Shown: positions 37,001 through 47,777, counted from the first letter of the stretch. The stretch: DNA of 57,445 bases from a virus (IMGVR_UViG_3300033182_001174:1-57445), one strand, 5' to 3'. Made by a program: numbers and translations. Notes: generated from the sequence alone by a model not told the origin.

Positions 37001-39949
37001 GACAAGTATTCTCAACCTGTTAAAGAACTTTTCCCACAAATTAGTAGAGACAATCCCGTTTCTGATCCTAAAGCAACAAAATGTTTTGCTGCGTCTAATT
37101 TAATTGGTAAAGTAGATGTAGATGACAATAGAAACAGTGTAACTAGAGAAACTGCTGAAAAAATTCGTATTGATAATGGAACTGGTATCGGAATAACTGA
37201 TATCTTCTCATCTGCTGGTGCTGCACATACAATTCATACTGCATATGATCATGGATTGAATCGACTGACCAAAGTTTCTATTGTTAGTGGTGAAGTAGGT
37301 GCAGGTTATAGTGATGGCACGTATTATAATGCTAGATTGGTTTCTATTGGATCTTCAGTAACAGGAAAACATGCAACTGCAAAAGTTGTAATTGCATCCA
37401 ATCAAGTTAGTAGTGTGACCATCATGGATGGTGGTTCTGCATATGGTATTGGCAATACGATGCATGTTATTGGAGTTACAACAAATGGAACATCTGGGTA
37501 TTCTCCTGCAGTTGTAGAGGTAGATAAGATTTATGATAACGTAGGTGATGTTGTAAGAGTTGTTGGTGTAACTTCGGAATCATATAATGCATATAATCAA
37601 CTTTATAGAATTACTCACATTGGAGTTGGAACTGCAACAGAAATAACTGTTTCAGCCGCAAGTTCAATTTCTAGTGACTCTTTAGTCGGAAATATAACAG
37701 GTGTTGGTGCTACAGTATGTACTGATGCATATGTTTATCTGACCGGTGAATCTCTAGCTGTAAATACGTTCACCTCTGACATTTCTGGTGTCACTACGAT
37801 TACAACAATTAATCGTCATGGTCTTTCTGTTGATAATTCTGTAACGATTACTGGTGCTGGACAAACTCAGTATAATGGATCATTTGTTGTTACAAAAGTC
37901 AACTCACTCACATCGTTTGAAGCAAATCTTGGTGTATCAACTGTTGCACCAACAGCAACTGGAACTATTTTTGCCTTACCAGAAGGTTTATCCTCAAATG
38001 ATGGTAATATTACTGTAGAAAATGAAAACGTTGCTGGTAGAATGGTTCCTACATATGCTGGAATTACAACTACCATCTCTGCTTCTATCGCAAATGCATC
38101 TACAGATTCGGTAAGTTTGCAAAATGTTGCAGATCTTGATGTCAACATCGGAGATTATCTGATGGTTGATGGAGAATTGATGAGAGTCAAGACAACGACC
38201 ACAGGATCAAACCCAATCAAAGTTTTCCGTGGTATTCTTGGAACTAAAGCAACATCTCATGTCATCAATTCTGTTATTAAGAAAGTAAAAGTTGAACCGA
38301 TTGAACTTAGAAGACACTCTATCATTCGTGCTTCGGGTCATACGTTTGAATATGTTGGATTTGGTCCTGGCAACTACTCTACTGCATTCCCAGATAAGCA
38401 AGATCGTGCAATTTCAGTTGATGAAGAACTTTTAGCACAATCTACTAAGAGAGAGGGTGGAATCAACTTCTACACTGGAATGAATGATAAGGGTATTTCA
38501 TACTCTGGTAACAAACGTCTCAGTACCATTACTGGTAGAGAAGAGATCTTTGATACTCCAGTTCAAACAGTAGAGGGTGAAGATATTAGTCAGGTTCCAA
38601 ACTTGAATGTTGTTGAACCTGTCGAAGTTGTTGCAAGTCGTTCAATTAGAGTTGAGGGTGGACCTGACAATAAAGTTATTTCTGAATTTAATGGTCCTTT
38701 AATTGTTAATAACAAGGTTACAGTTAATTCCACCAAAGGACTTGAGTCAAATAACATTTTCCTTCAAGGTGATGCAACAGTTTCTAGAAAGTATACTGTT
38801 GGCATCGCAACTCCTGCTCTTGCAGGCAACCCAGGTGATGTTGTTTATAATGCAAACCCTGCTCAAGGTGGATGGGTTGGTTGGGTGTACACAACTGATG
38901 ATGGTTGGAAACGTTTTGGAAGTGTAAGTGTCAATTCTGGTGCAAATCAATTCATTTTTGACACTGTTGGAATTGCAACTACATCTGCTGGTGAGTGTGC
39001 ATTAAAGGTTGGATCTGGTACATCTCTTGTATGTGCAGACAACGATGGTGTCGGTATTGGTTCAACTGCAAATGGATTTAAACTTCGTGTCGTTGGTGAA
39101 TCTAGATTCAGTGGATCCATTGTCGCAACAGCATTTACTGGTGATGGAAGAGGATTGACAAATCTTGCCACTGACAGCCTTTGGAGTGGGGTGAATGCTG
39201 GACTTGGAACGGGTATCTATCAAAATGACAATCTTCAGGTAGGTATCGGAACAACCAGACCCGATCAAAATGCGGATCTAACTGTTGGTGCTGTCGGTGC
39301 ATCTGGAACCACATTGATTGTAAGATCTGAAGCAAGATTCTCTGGAATTATCACTGCTAATGATGTAACAGTCACTGGATTCAGTACAGTCGTTGGTAAT
39401 TATGATATTCAGAATTCCTCTGGTAAGATCACTGCTGGTATTGTTACTTCAACTACATTGAATGTGGGTGCTGCTGGAACCATAATCACTACAAATGTTG
39501 GATTTGGTTCTGTTGGTATTGGTTCTACTCTTCCAACTGCAATGCTTGACGTTGTTGGACATACAAAACTGAAGACCTACTCTGAAACTGTTACATCACC
39601 ATCAATCGTTGCTAATGAAGTTGAATTAGATCTGTCTGCTGCACAATCATTTACGATCACTGCAGTGAATGACATCAACGCATTTGTTCTGAAAAATCCT
39701 CCTTCAGGATCAACTTCATTTACAGTTAAGATTCTTCAAGATTCAACTGGTGGTCGTTCTGTTGGCATAGATACCTTTAAGGATGGCAGTGGAACAGCAA
39801 TTCCAGTTTATTGGCCTGGTGGTGGTGTCCTACCAATCGTTACTACAACGGCAGATAGGGCAGACATCTATTCGTTCAAGACATTTGATGGTGATGATAT
39901 TACATCCGCTGGTCTGTATGGTGTCGTAGGAGGTCAGAACTTCGCATAA
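34037..39949 (+). CDS. Long tail fibre/virion structural protein
   Basis: MGLSRLDNFLK..ILYVDP..D, PFKTIQRAL; repeated T..H.L..G..V.I.G domains; VGIGT fibre repeats; late promoter at 34002. Confidence 0.8.
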   Translation: MGLSRLDNFLKSSRGTILYVDPNSLDATDSIENRGNSLTRPFKTIQRALVEAARFSYQRGLNNDRFGKTTVLLYPGDHVVDNRPGWIPDGANNFRLRDGSTSTDLTPFDLTSNFDLQTTDNELYKLNSIHGGVILPRGTSIVGLDLRKTKIRPKYVPDPTNNNIERGALFRITGGCYLWQFSMFDGDPNGVVYKDYTANTFVPNFSHHKLTCFEYADGLNGVSVNDVFQTYTTSRTDLDMYYEKVGIVYGQSSGRPIEPDYPSTSLDIQPKIDEYRIVGSTGASVGISSIKAGNGVTPTTTITVTTTSAVPGLDVDTPFQVSGISASGYDGKFVVSEKVSDTEIKYTVQNAPAVALPTATGSTLALSSDTVTGASPYIFNISLRSVFGMCGMHADGSKATGFKSMVVAQFTGIGLQKDDAAFVKYNENTPPTGNYDDNTVSGNENLSSNSKARYKPSYRNFHVKVSNNSFIQAVSIFAIGFSEHFVTENGGDISLTNSNSNFGANALTSVGFRTDAFSQDDIGYITHIIPPKEVSLTESAIEFDAIDVTKTDSVAGVGSTGNLYLLNRSNVDLPPENVIEGYRIGARSEDKLKVLINEGGTTTEHFARIVMPDNTESPSKSAEKSFKVNRSIAGINSIGQYSDGSKTNQITLTEAHNFLNGESVRVIGDTGQIPDGLTPNTIFYAITTSTGITTNTNIKLAKTLNDAINDSAININEKGGALRVVSRVSDKNAGDLGHPIQYDTTNSQWYVKVSGASTENSIYRTIVSLGTTALGSATPRTFINRRTDARSGLDKTYRMRYVIPSNVGGAVGRPPVEGFIIQESNTSIGSTDGEIQTYFGSGDLANINQQRNFRFIADANWSSATANIITELPHNLKIGSQVEINNIISTGNTAGVGNSGFNGIFNVTGIASAKQFSVGLTTNPGTFDTNTSNRTTDLPYYKRKKYSDTYYVYRLSEAQKYITGEQDGVYYISVLNASNTPTVAPFTADKYSQPVKELFPQISRDNPVSDPKATKCFAASNLIGKVDVDDNRNSVTRETAEKIRIDNGTGIGITDIFSSAGAAHTIHTAYDHGLNRLTKVSIVSGEVGAGYSDGTYYNARLVSIGSSVTGKHATAKVVIASNQVSSVTIMDGGSAYGIGNTMHVIGVTTNGTSGYSPAVVEVDKIYDNVGDVVRVVGVTSESYNAYNQLYRITHIGVGTATEITVSAASSISSDSLVGNITGVGATVCTDAYVYLTGESLAVNTFTSDISGVTTITTINRHGLSVDNSVTITGAGQTQYNGSFVVTKVNSLTSFEANLGVSTVAPTATGTIFALPEGLSSNDGNITVENENVAGRMVPTYAGITTTISASIANASTDSVSLQNVADLDVNIGDYLMVDGELMRVKTTTTGSNPIKVFRGILGTKATSHVINSVIKKVKVEPIELRRHSIIRASGHTFEYVGFGPGNYSTAFPDKQDRAISVDEELLAQSTKREGGINFYTGMNDKGISYSGNKRLSTITGREEIFDTPVQTVEGEDISQVPNLNVVEPVEVVASRSIRVEGGPDNKVISEFNGPLIVNNKVTVNSTKGLESNNIFLQGDATVSRKYTVGIATPALAGNPGDVVYNANPAQGGWVGWVYTTDDGWKRFGSVSVNSGANQFIFDTVGIATTSAGECALKVGSGTSLVCADNDGVGIGSTANGFKLRVVGESRFSGSIVATAFTGDGRGLTNLATDSLWSGVNAGLGTGIYQNDNLQVGIGTTRPDQNADLTVGAVGASGTTLIVRSEARFSGIITANDVTVTGFSTVVGNYDIQNSSGKITAGIVTSTTLNVGAAGTIITTNVGFGSVGIGSTLPTAMLDVVGHTKLKTYSETVTSPSIVANEVELDLSAAQSFTITAVNDINAFVLKNPPSGSTSFTVKILQDSTGGRSVGIDTFKDGSGTAIPVYWPGGGVLPIVTTTADRADIYSFKTFDGDDITSAGLYGVVGGQNFA

Positions 39950-42828
39950 TGGAGAATAATAATTTTAGAGGGATTCCAACATCCCTATTTCTCAACGGAC
40001 CAACTCTGGGGATTGTTACTGATCCCCAGAGTGTATCAAACGTCATAGGAATTGCAACATTTACGGGTATTGCAACAGCAACATTTACTGATACTAATTT
40101 TGATTTTGATAGTGTATCTAGTGGATCTATTGAATTTAAGTGGTATTTTGATGGATCTAGAATTTTAGATAGTAGTGAAGATAGCAATAGTAACGCGAGA
40201 ATTAGGAGTTTTGATTCTCCAACAGGCACTGGATCTACAATACAAATTACTGGTTTAGATGTAGGTGATGATAGTAAGGAAATTTATTTTGAAGCAGATT
40301 ATATACCCAGTGCCTACCAAAGTTCTTCACCTGTAACTGCAGGAACTGCAAGATCAACAGGAAATGCACTTAATGAACCACTACAATCTGGTATTGGAAC
40401 AATATCTGTATTTCCAATTATTGATATCACCACTCAACCAACAGGTCAGTTAGTATCTGTTGGTGATGATGCAAAGTTTTCTATTGCAGCACAAAAAACT
40501 CCTGGTGGTGGCACAGTAAATTATCAGTGGCAACTTAATGGAACTGACTTGTCTGATGGGACATCAAATACAAATGTTTTTACTGGAGCATCAGGCACAC
40601 CGACATTAACGATTAATGACGGAACAACTGATGTTGAAGTTGATTTTTCTAAGGTGTCCGTATATGATACATTTACACCTGGAGTAACTTATACTGCCAC
40701 TGCAAATGCAGACATAACTGTTAAATTAATTGCAGAAGGTGGTGGAGGAGGTGGATCAGGATTTAGAAATGTTACTGGAAGTAAAGGTGGCAGAACAGAA
40801 GGAACATTTACTTTTTTAGAAGGACAAACATACATAATTCAAGTTGGTGAAGCAGGTCAAGACGGAGCAACTCTTGGACAAGGTGCAGCTACAGCTAAAG
40901 GGGGAAAACCTGGTGGTGGTGATGCACCATCTTTCAATACTAGTTTTAATAGATCTGGTGGAGGTGGTGGATACACAGGAATTTTCATTACTTCAGTCAC
41001 TCAGGCAAATGCTATTTTAATTGCTGCTGGAGGAGGTGGTTCATCAGGAGACCCAGGTGTAGGTGGTGATGGTGGTGGATTAGAAGGTAATGCCGGAGGA
41101 AACCAAGGAGGTGGTAGAGCTGGTTTAGGTGGAACACAAACTGCTGGTGGTCAATCTGGATCCAACTATACTGCTGGAGAGGCTGGTTCAGCTTTGAAGG
41201 GTGGAAGTGGAGCTAATGCTGGTAATGGTGCAGGTGGTGGTGGAGCTGGTTACTTTGGTGGTGGTGGTGGAACAACTGGTGGACCTGGAACTGGAGGAGG
41301 TGGATCTAGTTATCTCCATCCAACATTAATTACTAATGGAACAACAACCACTGGTGGTTCTACTCAAGGAGTTGAACAGGATGGTACACTTTTAATTGAA
41401 CTAATTTCTGCAGTAAAATCTGTAACAACAACTGTCACTGGAGCAAATTCACCAAACCTTACAATTAGTTCAACTGGGTCTGGTATTGCTGGTATTAGAT
41501 GTAAAGTCAGTGCAACTGGTGTTCAAGAATCACCAAGATTCTCAAACACTGTCAGTTATGTTGTTGTAGAACCAAGATCACTGCTTGAGATTGAAACTTA
41601 TAACTACACAAATGCAACTGCAACACTCTCAGAGTTTGACTTAGCTAATGGTGACTTGACGATTGACTATGCATCATACACTGGAAATGCAGTATGCTTG
41701 TATGCAGGTGACAAGGATATTGAGATTGAGATGGAAATGTATGGTGGAAAAGGACCTACGGCAACAGCTGGTGTTGGTGCTGATGGTGGAGATGGTGGAT
41801 ATTCTAAGATTAGATTTACTATGGAGAGAGATGTAGAACATGTGTTGACTGGATTATTCTCTGCAGTAAATGCACCATTCCTTTATAGAAAAGCATCCTT
41901 AATCGCATGTGTTGGTGCAGGTGGTGCAGGTGCTCCATCAGGCGGAAATGCCGGTGGTCAAGGAGGTGGAATCGGTATTGCTGGAGAAGCAGGTCCAAAT
42001 AGAGAAGGTGGAAGTGGTGGTCCAGTTGTCCAAGCAGGACAGGGAACTTTAACAGGTATATTTGGTGGCAATTTTGACGGTCCAACATTAACTGGTGGAC
42101 TCGTCCCACCCGACATACAAAGAGGTGTCAACTCACAGGCAGGTAATAGTATAATATGTGCCAGAGGAGTTTATTGGAGAAATCAGGGAAAAGCACCTTG
42201 CGATGATGTTGGGACCGTTAAGTTCAGAACTCCAGATGGAACAGAAATATCTAATACTGCAACGATTGAAAGAGGATACAAATCTGGATATAATGTAATT
42301 CAGACAGCAGGAGGTGGACGGAACGACAAATCTGGAGATGGTGGGTGTGGTTTCACTGGTGGAGGTGGTGGAGATAATCGTGGTGGTGGAGGCGGATCAG
42401 GTTATACTGATGGATCTGTAACGGTTGTTGACACTCAACTTGGTGGTAGTGATGGTGATGCAAAAGTTATTATTCGTATTGCTGATCCAAGTTTAATTGC
42501 TCCAGCAACAACTCTTGAGACCGTAACATTTACTGTTACTAGAGAAGCAGCATTTAGTAATATAATTACTTTTGCAAAAGAAAGTGGTAATGGTCCAGAA
42601 AAACTTATATTTGGACCTAATGCAGGAACTGTTACTGTTTCACTTGCAAGAGGTGCTGTATATAATTTTGAATCAAAGAGTGTAAACGGTGATACTAATA
42701 GGGGTTCAATACGATTAAGTAATGGTGTGCTTCAGTTTGAAGATGCTGGTGATAATGACTTTAATGACTTAACTGTAACACCTAATTCTGGTCAATTTGT
42801 CAGTGCGACACGTTATCAGTTCGTATAA
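39949..42828 (+). CDS. Glycine-rich fibre protein with Ig-like domains
   Basis: ITTQP..YQWQ Ig-like motif, GGGG tracts, C-terminal FEDAGDNDFNDL. Confidence 0.75.
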   Translation: MENNNFRGIPTSLFLNGPTLGIVTDPQSVSNVIGIATFTGIATATFTDTNFDFDSVSSGSIEFKWYFDGSRILDSSEDSNSNARIRSFDSPTGTGSTIQITGLDVGDDSKEIYFEADYIPSAYQSSSPVTAGTARSTGNALNEPLQSGIGTISVFPIIDITTQPTGQLVSVGDDAKFSIAAQKTPGGGTVNYQWQLNGTDLSDGTSNTNVFTGASGTPTLTINDGTTDVEVDFSKVSVYDTFTPGVTYTATANADITVKLIAEGGGGGGSGFRNVTGSKGGRTEGTFTFLEGQTYIIQVGEAGQDGATLGQGAATAKGGKPGGGDAPSFNTSFNRSGGGGGYTGIFITSVTQANAILIAAGGGGSSGDPGVGGDGGGLEGNAGGNQGGGRAGLGGTQTAGGQSGSNYTAGEAGSALKGGSGANAGNGAGGGGAGYFGGGGGTTGGPGTGGGGSSYLHPTLITNGTTTTGGSTQGVEQDGTLLIELISAVKSVTTTVTGANSPNLTISSTGSGIAGIRCKVSATGVQESPRFSNTVSYVVVEPRSLLEIETYNYTNATATLSEFDLANGDLTIDYASYTGNAVCLYAGDKDIEIEMEMYGGKGPTATAGVGADGGDGGYSKIRFTMERDVEHVLTGLFSAVNAPFLYRKASLIACVGAGGAGAPSGGNAGGQGGGIGIAGEAGPNREGGSGGPVVQAGQGTLTGIFGGNFDGPTLTGGLVPPDIQRGVNSQAGNSIICARGVYWRNQGKAPCDDVGTVKFRTPDGTEISNTATIERGYKSGYNVIQTAGGGRNDKSGDGGCGFTGGGGGDNRGGGGGSGYTDGSVTVVDTQLGGSDGDAKVIIRIADPSLIAPATTLETVTFTVTREAAFSNIITFAKESGNGPEKLIFGPNAGTVTVSLARGAVYNFESKSVNGDTNRGSIRLSNGVLQFEDAGDNDFNDLTVTPNSGQFVSATRYQFV

Positions 42829-42866
42829 ATAAACATATAAAAATAAACGGGGGAGAGTGAACCCGA

Positions 42867-44108
42867 ATGGCAGTCAATAAGAATTTTGTCGTCAAAAACG
42901 GGTTAGAAGTCGCAACAGATGTAATCCTTGCGGATGCTACTTCTAAAAACGTAGGTATTGGTTCTACCATACCTGTAAATACACTTGATGTTAGAGGTGG
43001 CATTGGTGCTACCGATTTGAATGTCACTGGCATAACAACTGTTGTCAGTGAATTTCGTGTTGGAACTGGAGGAACAGTTCTTGCAGTTAATCAATCCCCT
43101 GGTCGAGTAGGTGTCGGGTCAACACAACCCGAATATCTGCTCGATGTTCGTTCTGAGGTATCTTCTGGAACGACCGCTTTATATGTTCAAGGTGATGTTA
43201 GGATCACTGGTGATCTTAACGTTGATGATCTCACATTATCTGATATCTCTGGTCAAAGCCTGAATATCAGTGGACTGAGCACACTTGGTGGATATGTTGA
43301 TATCAATTCAAGTGTTGATGTCGCAGGAAGTTTGAATGTTGTTGGAGTTTCAACATTAGCAACAACAGAAATCACTGACGTAAATGTTAGTGGTACTGCA
43401 ACTGTTGGAACTTTATTTGCAGCAGCAGGTATTTTTACAGGAACATCTGTAAATGTCAGCACTGCAACGACAACTAAAGATCTGTTAGTCACGGGAATCG
43501 CAACCATTGCTGATGCCCGTATTGCTGCAGGTATCTTAACTGCGACACAAGTTGATATTACTGATTTGAATGTCAGTGGTATTACAACATCAACTGACAA
43601 AGAAATTTATAATCAGTTTGATATAACTAATGATGGGTCGTCTGCGTATCAGTTTGCAGCAACTGGTATTGGATTTACTGAAGCAACGAATAATCCAACT
43701 CTTTATCTGACAAGAGGAAAGAATTATCGTTTCTCTGTAAATGCATCTGGTCACCCATTCTTCATTAAGACCGTTAATTCCACGGGTGTTGGTAACTCAT
43801 ATAATGATGGGGTAGATAATAATGGTGCTGCAGTAGGAATCATTACATTTAAGGTTCCTTATAATGCACCTGATATCTTACATTATAATTGTTCTGTTCA
43901 CTCTGCAATGCACGGAGAAATTCGTGTAGGTGCTCAGGGTGGTGGTGTTGGTGTTGGTTCTGAAGGAACTTTCATTGGTGCTGGTGCAACAATGATTGAC
44001 TTTAAATCATCAAATGCTAGCAATACTGTTGACCTCACAGCAGGCATTGCAACTGTAACAGTTCAAACCGGGGTTTCACTTGGTCTCGCAATCGCTCTTG
44101 GCGGTTAA
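42867..44108 (+). CDS. Tail fibre protein with cupredoxin-like domain
   Basis: KNFVVKNGL start, VGIGST repeats, NPTLYL.RG..GHPF..APD.LHYNCSVHSAMHG. Confidence 0.75.
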   Translation: MAVNKNFVVKNGLEVATDVILADATSKNVGIGSTIPVNTLDVRGGIGATDLNVTGITTVVSEFRVGTGGTVLAVNQSPGRVGVGSTQPEYLLDVRSEVSSGTTALYVQGDVRITGDLNVDDLTLSDISGQSLNISGLSTLGGYVDINSSVDVAGSLNVVGVSTLATTEITDVNVSGTATVGTLFAAAGIFTGTSVNVSTATTTKDLLVTGIATIADARIAAGILTATQVDITDLNVSGITTSTDKEIYNQFDITNDGSSAYQFAATGIGFTEATNNPTLYLTRGKNYRFSVNASGHPFFIKTVNSTGVGNSYNDGVDNNGAAVGIITFKVPYNAPDILHYNCSVHSAMHGEIRVGAQGGGVGVGSEGTFIGAGATMIDFKSSNASNTVDLTAGIATVTVQTGVSLGLAIALGG

Positions 44109-44140
44109 TTTCAATAAATACTCTTAACACATAAAGGAAG

Positions 44141-44692
44141 ATGGCAGAAGCTTTTTCAAATTCTATAACAAGAGCTGTGGGGATTGTGACAACATACTCT
44201 GGCAGCACGATTGGTGCAGCAGGGACCACAATTACGGTGACTGCTAATACTGGCATTGGAGTTTCTGACTTAATTGATAATCAAAACTTTATTGCAGGAA
44301 CTAGAGTTGCTCAGATTGATGGCACAACGATCTATGCAGACCGTGACTCTACCAACACTGCAAGTGCAACCAGTCAAACCATAAGATTCCTTGGTCCAAC
44401 GACTTCATATACATCTCCTGCGGCAACCAAGAGTATCATTATTGGTGGAACATTTGCTAATAACACAAGCAATTCGGTCAATTTAACGGTTGAAGTTCTT
44501 GACAGTAGTGTAGGAGTTACTTCAACTGGTGCAGTTGCTATTGCAAGTAAGATTCCCATTCCTGCAGGAAGTTCTTTCGTCATCTCCGACACAGGTAAAA
44601 CTTTGTTGGAGGGAACTGATGAGTTGAGAGTTTATTGTGATACCGCAAATGCAGTCGATGTCAGCCTCAGTATTCTGACAGGAGTTAACTGA
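44141..44692 (+). CDS. Tail fibre-associated structural protein
   Basis: Late promoter at 44115; IPAGSSFVI..K.LLE.TD.LRV motif. Confidence 0.65.
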   Translation: MAEAFSNSITRAVGIVTTYSGSTIGAAGTTITVTANTGIGVSDLIDNQNFIAGTRVAQIDGTTIYADRDSTNTASATSQTIRFLGPTTSYTSPAATKSIIIGGTFANNTSNSVNLTVEVLDSSVGVTSTGAVAIASKIPIPAGSSFVISDTGKTLLEGTDELRVYCDTANAVDVSLSILTGVN

Positions 44693-45477
44693 TGGCAGAT
44701 CGTAACGGTTATATCGGAAGAGCACCAAGTGACTCATCAGTCACAGTTGCAAGACAAACTTTTACTCCTACCGGAGTTACGACTGATTTTACTTTTTCCT
44801 CTGGATATGTTCCAGGTTATTTTGACATCTATATTAATGGTGTAAAACAAATTGAGGCAAGTGATTATACATCTACGGATGGATCAACATTCTCAGTATT
44901 AAATGGTGGGGCAGAAAACGGAGATGTAATTGAAGCAGTTGCATATAAAGCATTTAATGCTGCAGCTGTTTCTAGTGCAGCAGATTTCACTGTTTCTGGA
45001 AACTTAACAGTAAACGGAACTTCTACACTTGGAGCAGGAACATCAGTTTCTTTTGCAACAACAGCATTTAATCTTGCTAATACACCAAACATTGCTGTTA
45101 ATAATGTAACAGGAACTGCCGCAACATTTACTGGTAATGTAAACATTGGTGGAGTGTTAACTTATGATGATGTAACTAACGTTGACTCTCTTGGTATTGT
45201 TACTGCTAGAGGTGGATTTGAGATTGGTGAATCTGGAGTTGGTGGTACAATCACTGCAGTTGGTAATGCAACCTTTACTGGTATTGTCACTGCATCCAGT
45301 TTTGTTGGTAATGTAACTGGTAATGCAGATACTGCAACTACTGCAACAAATGCACAAGGGTTGACCGGTACACCAGATATAACTGTAAATAATGTTGTTG
45401 CTGGTGTTATTACTGCCACAACATATGTTGGAGTTCCAGAGGGAACTAATGTCCTGAAGGCTATGCTCTTCGTCTAA
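44692..45477 (+). CDS. Tail fibre protein
   Basis: GYIGRAP, YINGVKQ..SDYT, TYDDVTNVDSLGIVTAR. Confidence 0.7.
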   Translation: MADRNGYIGRAPSDSSVTVARQTFTPTGVTTDFTFSSGYVPGYFDIYINGVKQIEASDYTSTDGSTFSVLNGGAENGDVIEAVAYKAFNAAAVSSAADFTVSGNLTVNGTSTLGAGTSVSFATTAFNLANTPNIAVNNVTGTAATFTGNVNIGGVLTYDDVTNVDSLGIVTARGGFEIGESGVGGTITAVGNATFTGIVTASSFVGNVTGNADTATTATNAQGLTGTPDITVNNVVAGVITATTYVGVPEGTNVLKAMLFV

Positions 45478-45499
45478 ATAGATTTAAAACAGAAATACA

Positions 45500-45862
45500 A
45501 TGGCTCTTGCACAGGTAGGATTAGGAAGTATTACACAGGTTGCTGCTGGAACCACGCAGGTTGTTTACTCTGTTGGTTCGGCACAGACTGCATATATCCG
45601 AGCACTTGAGATTCATAGTTTGGATACGGCTAACACTGCTAATGTGCAGATTCATATTGTTCCTACAGAAGGTGGTGGAGTTGTTGGAACTGCATCATCA
45701 ATCACAAGAATTGCAAGATTAGGTATATCAACAGAAGATACATATTTCTTTGAGAATGCATATCCCATTACACTCAACGATAACGGAGATGCAGTTTTGA
45801 TTTATAACGAAAATACAGCAGATGCAGTTAATGTATTAGTCCTTGGTGACAGAGAGGGTTGA
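45500..45862 (+). CDS. Tail fibre-associated structural protein
   Basis: Late promoter at 45475; beta-rich ORF. Confidence 0.6.
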   Translation: MALAQVGLGSITQVAAGTTQVVYSVGSAQTAYIRALEIHSLDTANTANVQIHIVPTEGGGVVGTASSITRIARLGISTEDTYFFENAYPITLNDNGDAVLIYNENTADAVNVLVLGDREG

Positions 45863-45865
45863 TAA

Positions 45866-47713
45866 ATGGCAGGAAGAAGTTCTAAGAATAACAACAGGGG
45901 ATCCGACCTATTTGGATATTTTGTAAGTGGAAAATATAAAGAATATCACACAAATCAGTTTGCTGCTCCAGTTAGTCCATCAGGATTAACAGCAACTGGT
46001 GGCGTCATCAGTGACTATACTGATCCAGGACCGGGCACAATATACAGAGCACATATATTTACTGCATCTGGTGCCTTAAATGTAACTGAATTAGCACAGG
46101 GTGGTACACCCAATAATGTTGACTATATTATCGTCGGTGGAGGCGGCGGTGGTGGATTTGATAGAGGTGGTGGAGGAGGTGCTGGTGCTTTTGTTCCAGG
46201 ATCTCTAACAGCTTCCGTTCAATCGTATCCAGTTGTTATTGGTGCTGGTGGTGTCGGTGCGGTGGTTGCTGCAGAAAGAGGTCGTAATGGATCAACAACA
46301 ACTTTTGGACCTATTACTGTAAAAGGTGGTGGTGGAGGAGGATCCAATAGTTCTGGAAAAAGATCTGGTGATCCATCAGCTGATCCTTATGGTGGTTCTG
46401 GTGGTGGTGGAGCACAGGGACAAACCACACCATATGATGGTGGTAGTGGTGGAACATATGGTAATGATGGTGGACCTGCTGGCACCCTTTATTGGGGTGG
46501 TGGCGGTGGTGGTGCTGGTGGCGCTGCACGCGCTCCAACGACAAGAACAGGTGGATTGGGTGTACAAAATGGCATAACTGGAATTACAACAACATACGCT
46601 GGTGGCGGTGGTGCTGGTGGTGATAACCCTGGTTTCCCTGGTGGTCCTGATGATGGCAGTGGTGGTGGTGCTGGTGCTGGACCAAGTGGAAATGGAACTG
46701 CTGGAGTTTTCGCTACTGGTTCTGGAGGAGGTGGCGGTGCTGGTTCCCCACCAGGTAGAGAAGGTGGTCCCGGTGGTTCGGGAATTGTTGTAGCTCGCTA
46801 TGAAATTGGATCAGTAGCAGCCGCAAAAGCGACTGGTGGTGCTATTTCCTTTACTGACACTAAAACTATTCATACCTTCACTAAGAGTGGAGTATTTACA
46901 AATCCACAATCACTTACTATTGACTACCTTATGGTAGGTGGCGGAGGTGCTGGTGGATCTAATAATGGTGGCGGCGGAGGCGGCGGTGGTATTGTCGCTG
47001 CTACATCACAACCATTACCTGCTAGTACATATAACGTCGTTATTGGTGGTGGTGGTAACGCTGTGATGGGTGGACCAACAGCACTAACTAGACAAGGTGG
47101 AAGTAATACAACTTTCAATTCATTAACAGCTGGATCTGGTGGTGGTGGTGGACAACTGAGCACATATAATAATGGTGGTAATGGAGCACCATCTAACGGT
47201 AGTGGCGGTGGTGCTGCTGCTAGTGGATCAACTGCTGGAACAGGAAATGGCACTGGCAACCCTGGCGGTACTGGCGCTGGAGCTCCTGGATATGGATCTG
47301 GTTCTGGTGGAGGTGCCGGTGGTGCCGGTGCTAATGGATCTTCTACTGGACAAACAGCATCTGCTGGTGGTAACGGAGCACCAAATAGTATTTTAGGAAC
47401 TGACTACACCTGGGCAGGTGGTGGCGGTGGCGTCAACAGTGGTGGTGATGGAGGAGCAGGTGGAACCGGAGGCGGTGGCGGCGGTGGAGCAGAAAATGCT
47501 TATAGCGGCGGTGCTGGAGGCACTGGTGGATTATTTGATGGTGAAGATGGAACCGCAGCACCAGGAGCTGATCCTGGAAATAACCAAGGTGGCCATGGAG
47601 GAGCTAGTACCGGAGGCGGTGGTGGCGGTGGTGGCACCCAAGGAAACGGTGATACTGGCGCACGGGGTGGAAATGGTGGTTCCGGTATCGTTATCATCGC
47701 ATATGATACTTGA
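45866..47713 (+). CDS. Glycine-rich fibre/receptor-binding protein (two Gly-rich domains)
   Basis: ATGG..YRAHIFT..VGGGGGGG..GGSGIVVARY architecture repeated twice. Confidence 0.78.
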   Translation: MAGRSSKNNNRGSDLFGYFVSGKYKEYHTNQFAAPVSPSGLTATGGVISDYTDPGPGTIYRAHIFTASGALNVTELAQGGTPNNVDYIIVGGGGGGGFDRGGGGGAGAFVPGSLTASVQSYPVVIGAGGVGAVVAAERGRNGSTTTFGPITVKGGGGGGSNSSGKRSGDPSADPYGGSGGGGAQGQTTPYDGGSGGTYGNDGGPAGTLYWGGGGGGAGGAARAPTTRTGGLGVQNGITGITTTYAGGGGAGGDNPGFPGGPDDGSGGGAGAGPSGNGTAGVFATGSGGGGGAGSPPGREGGPGGSGIVVARYEIGSVAAAKATGGAISFTDTKTIHTFTKSGVFTNPQSLTIDYLMVGGGGAGGSNNGGGGGGGGIVAATSQPLPASTYNVVIGGGGNAVMGGPTALTRQGGSNTTFNSLTAGSGGGGGQLSTYNNGGNGAPSNGSGGGAAASGSTAGTGNGTGNPGGTGAGAPGYGSGSGGGAGGAGANGSSTGQTASAGGNGAPNSILGTDYTWAGGGGGVNSGGDGGAGGTGGGGGGGAENAYSGGAGGTGGLFDGEDGTAAPGADPGNNQGGHGGASTGGGGGGGGTQGNGDTGARGGNGGSGIVIIAYDT

Positions 47714-47777
47714 TAAATAACCAAAGGATTGCTATAATCCTAAATATCTAAAACAAACATAGTTAAGATAAAAAACG

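Noticed and set aside
45866-47724. GGT-rich repeats and His/Pro-rich alternative-frame ORFs
   Set aside because: By-products of glycine codon runs in the fibre gene
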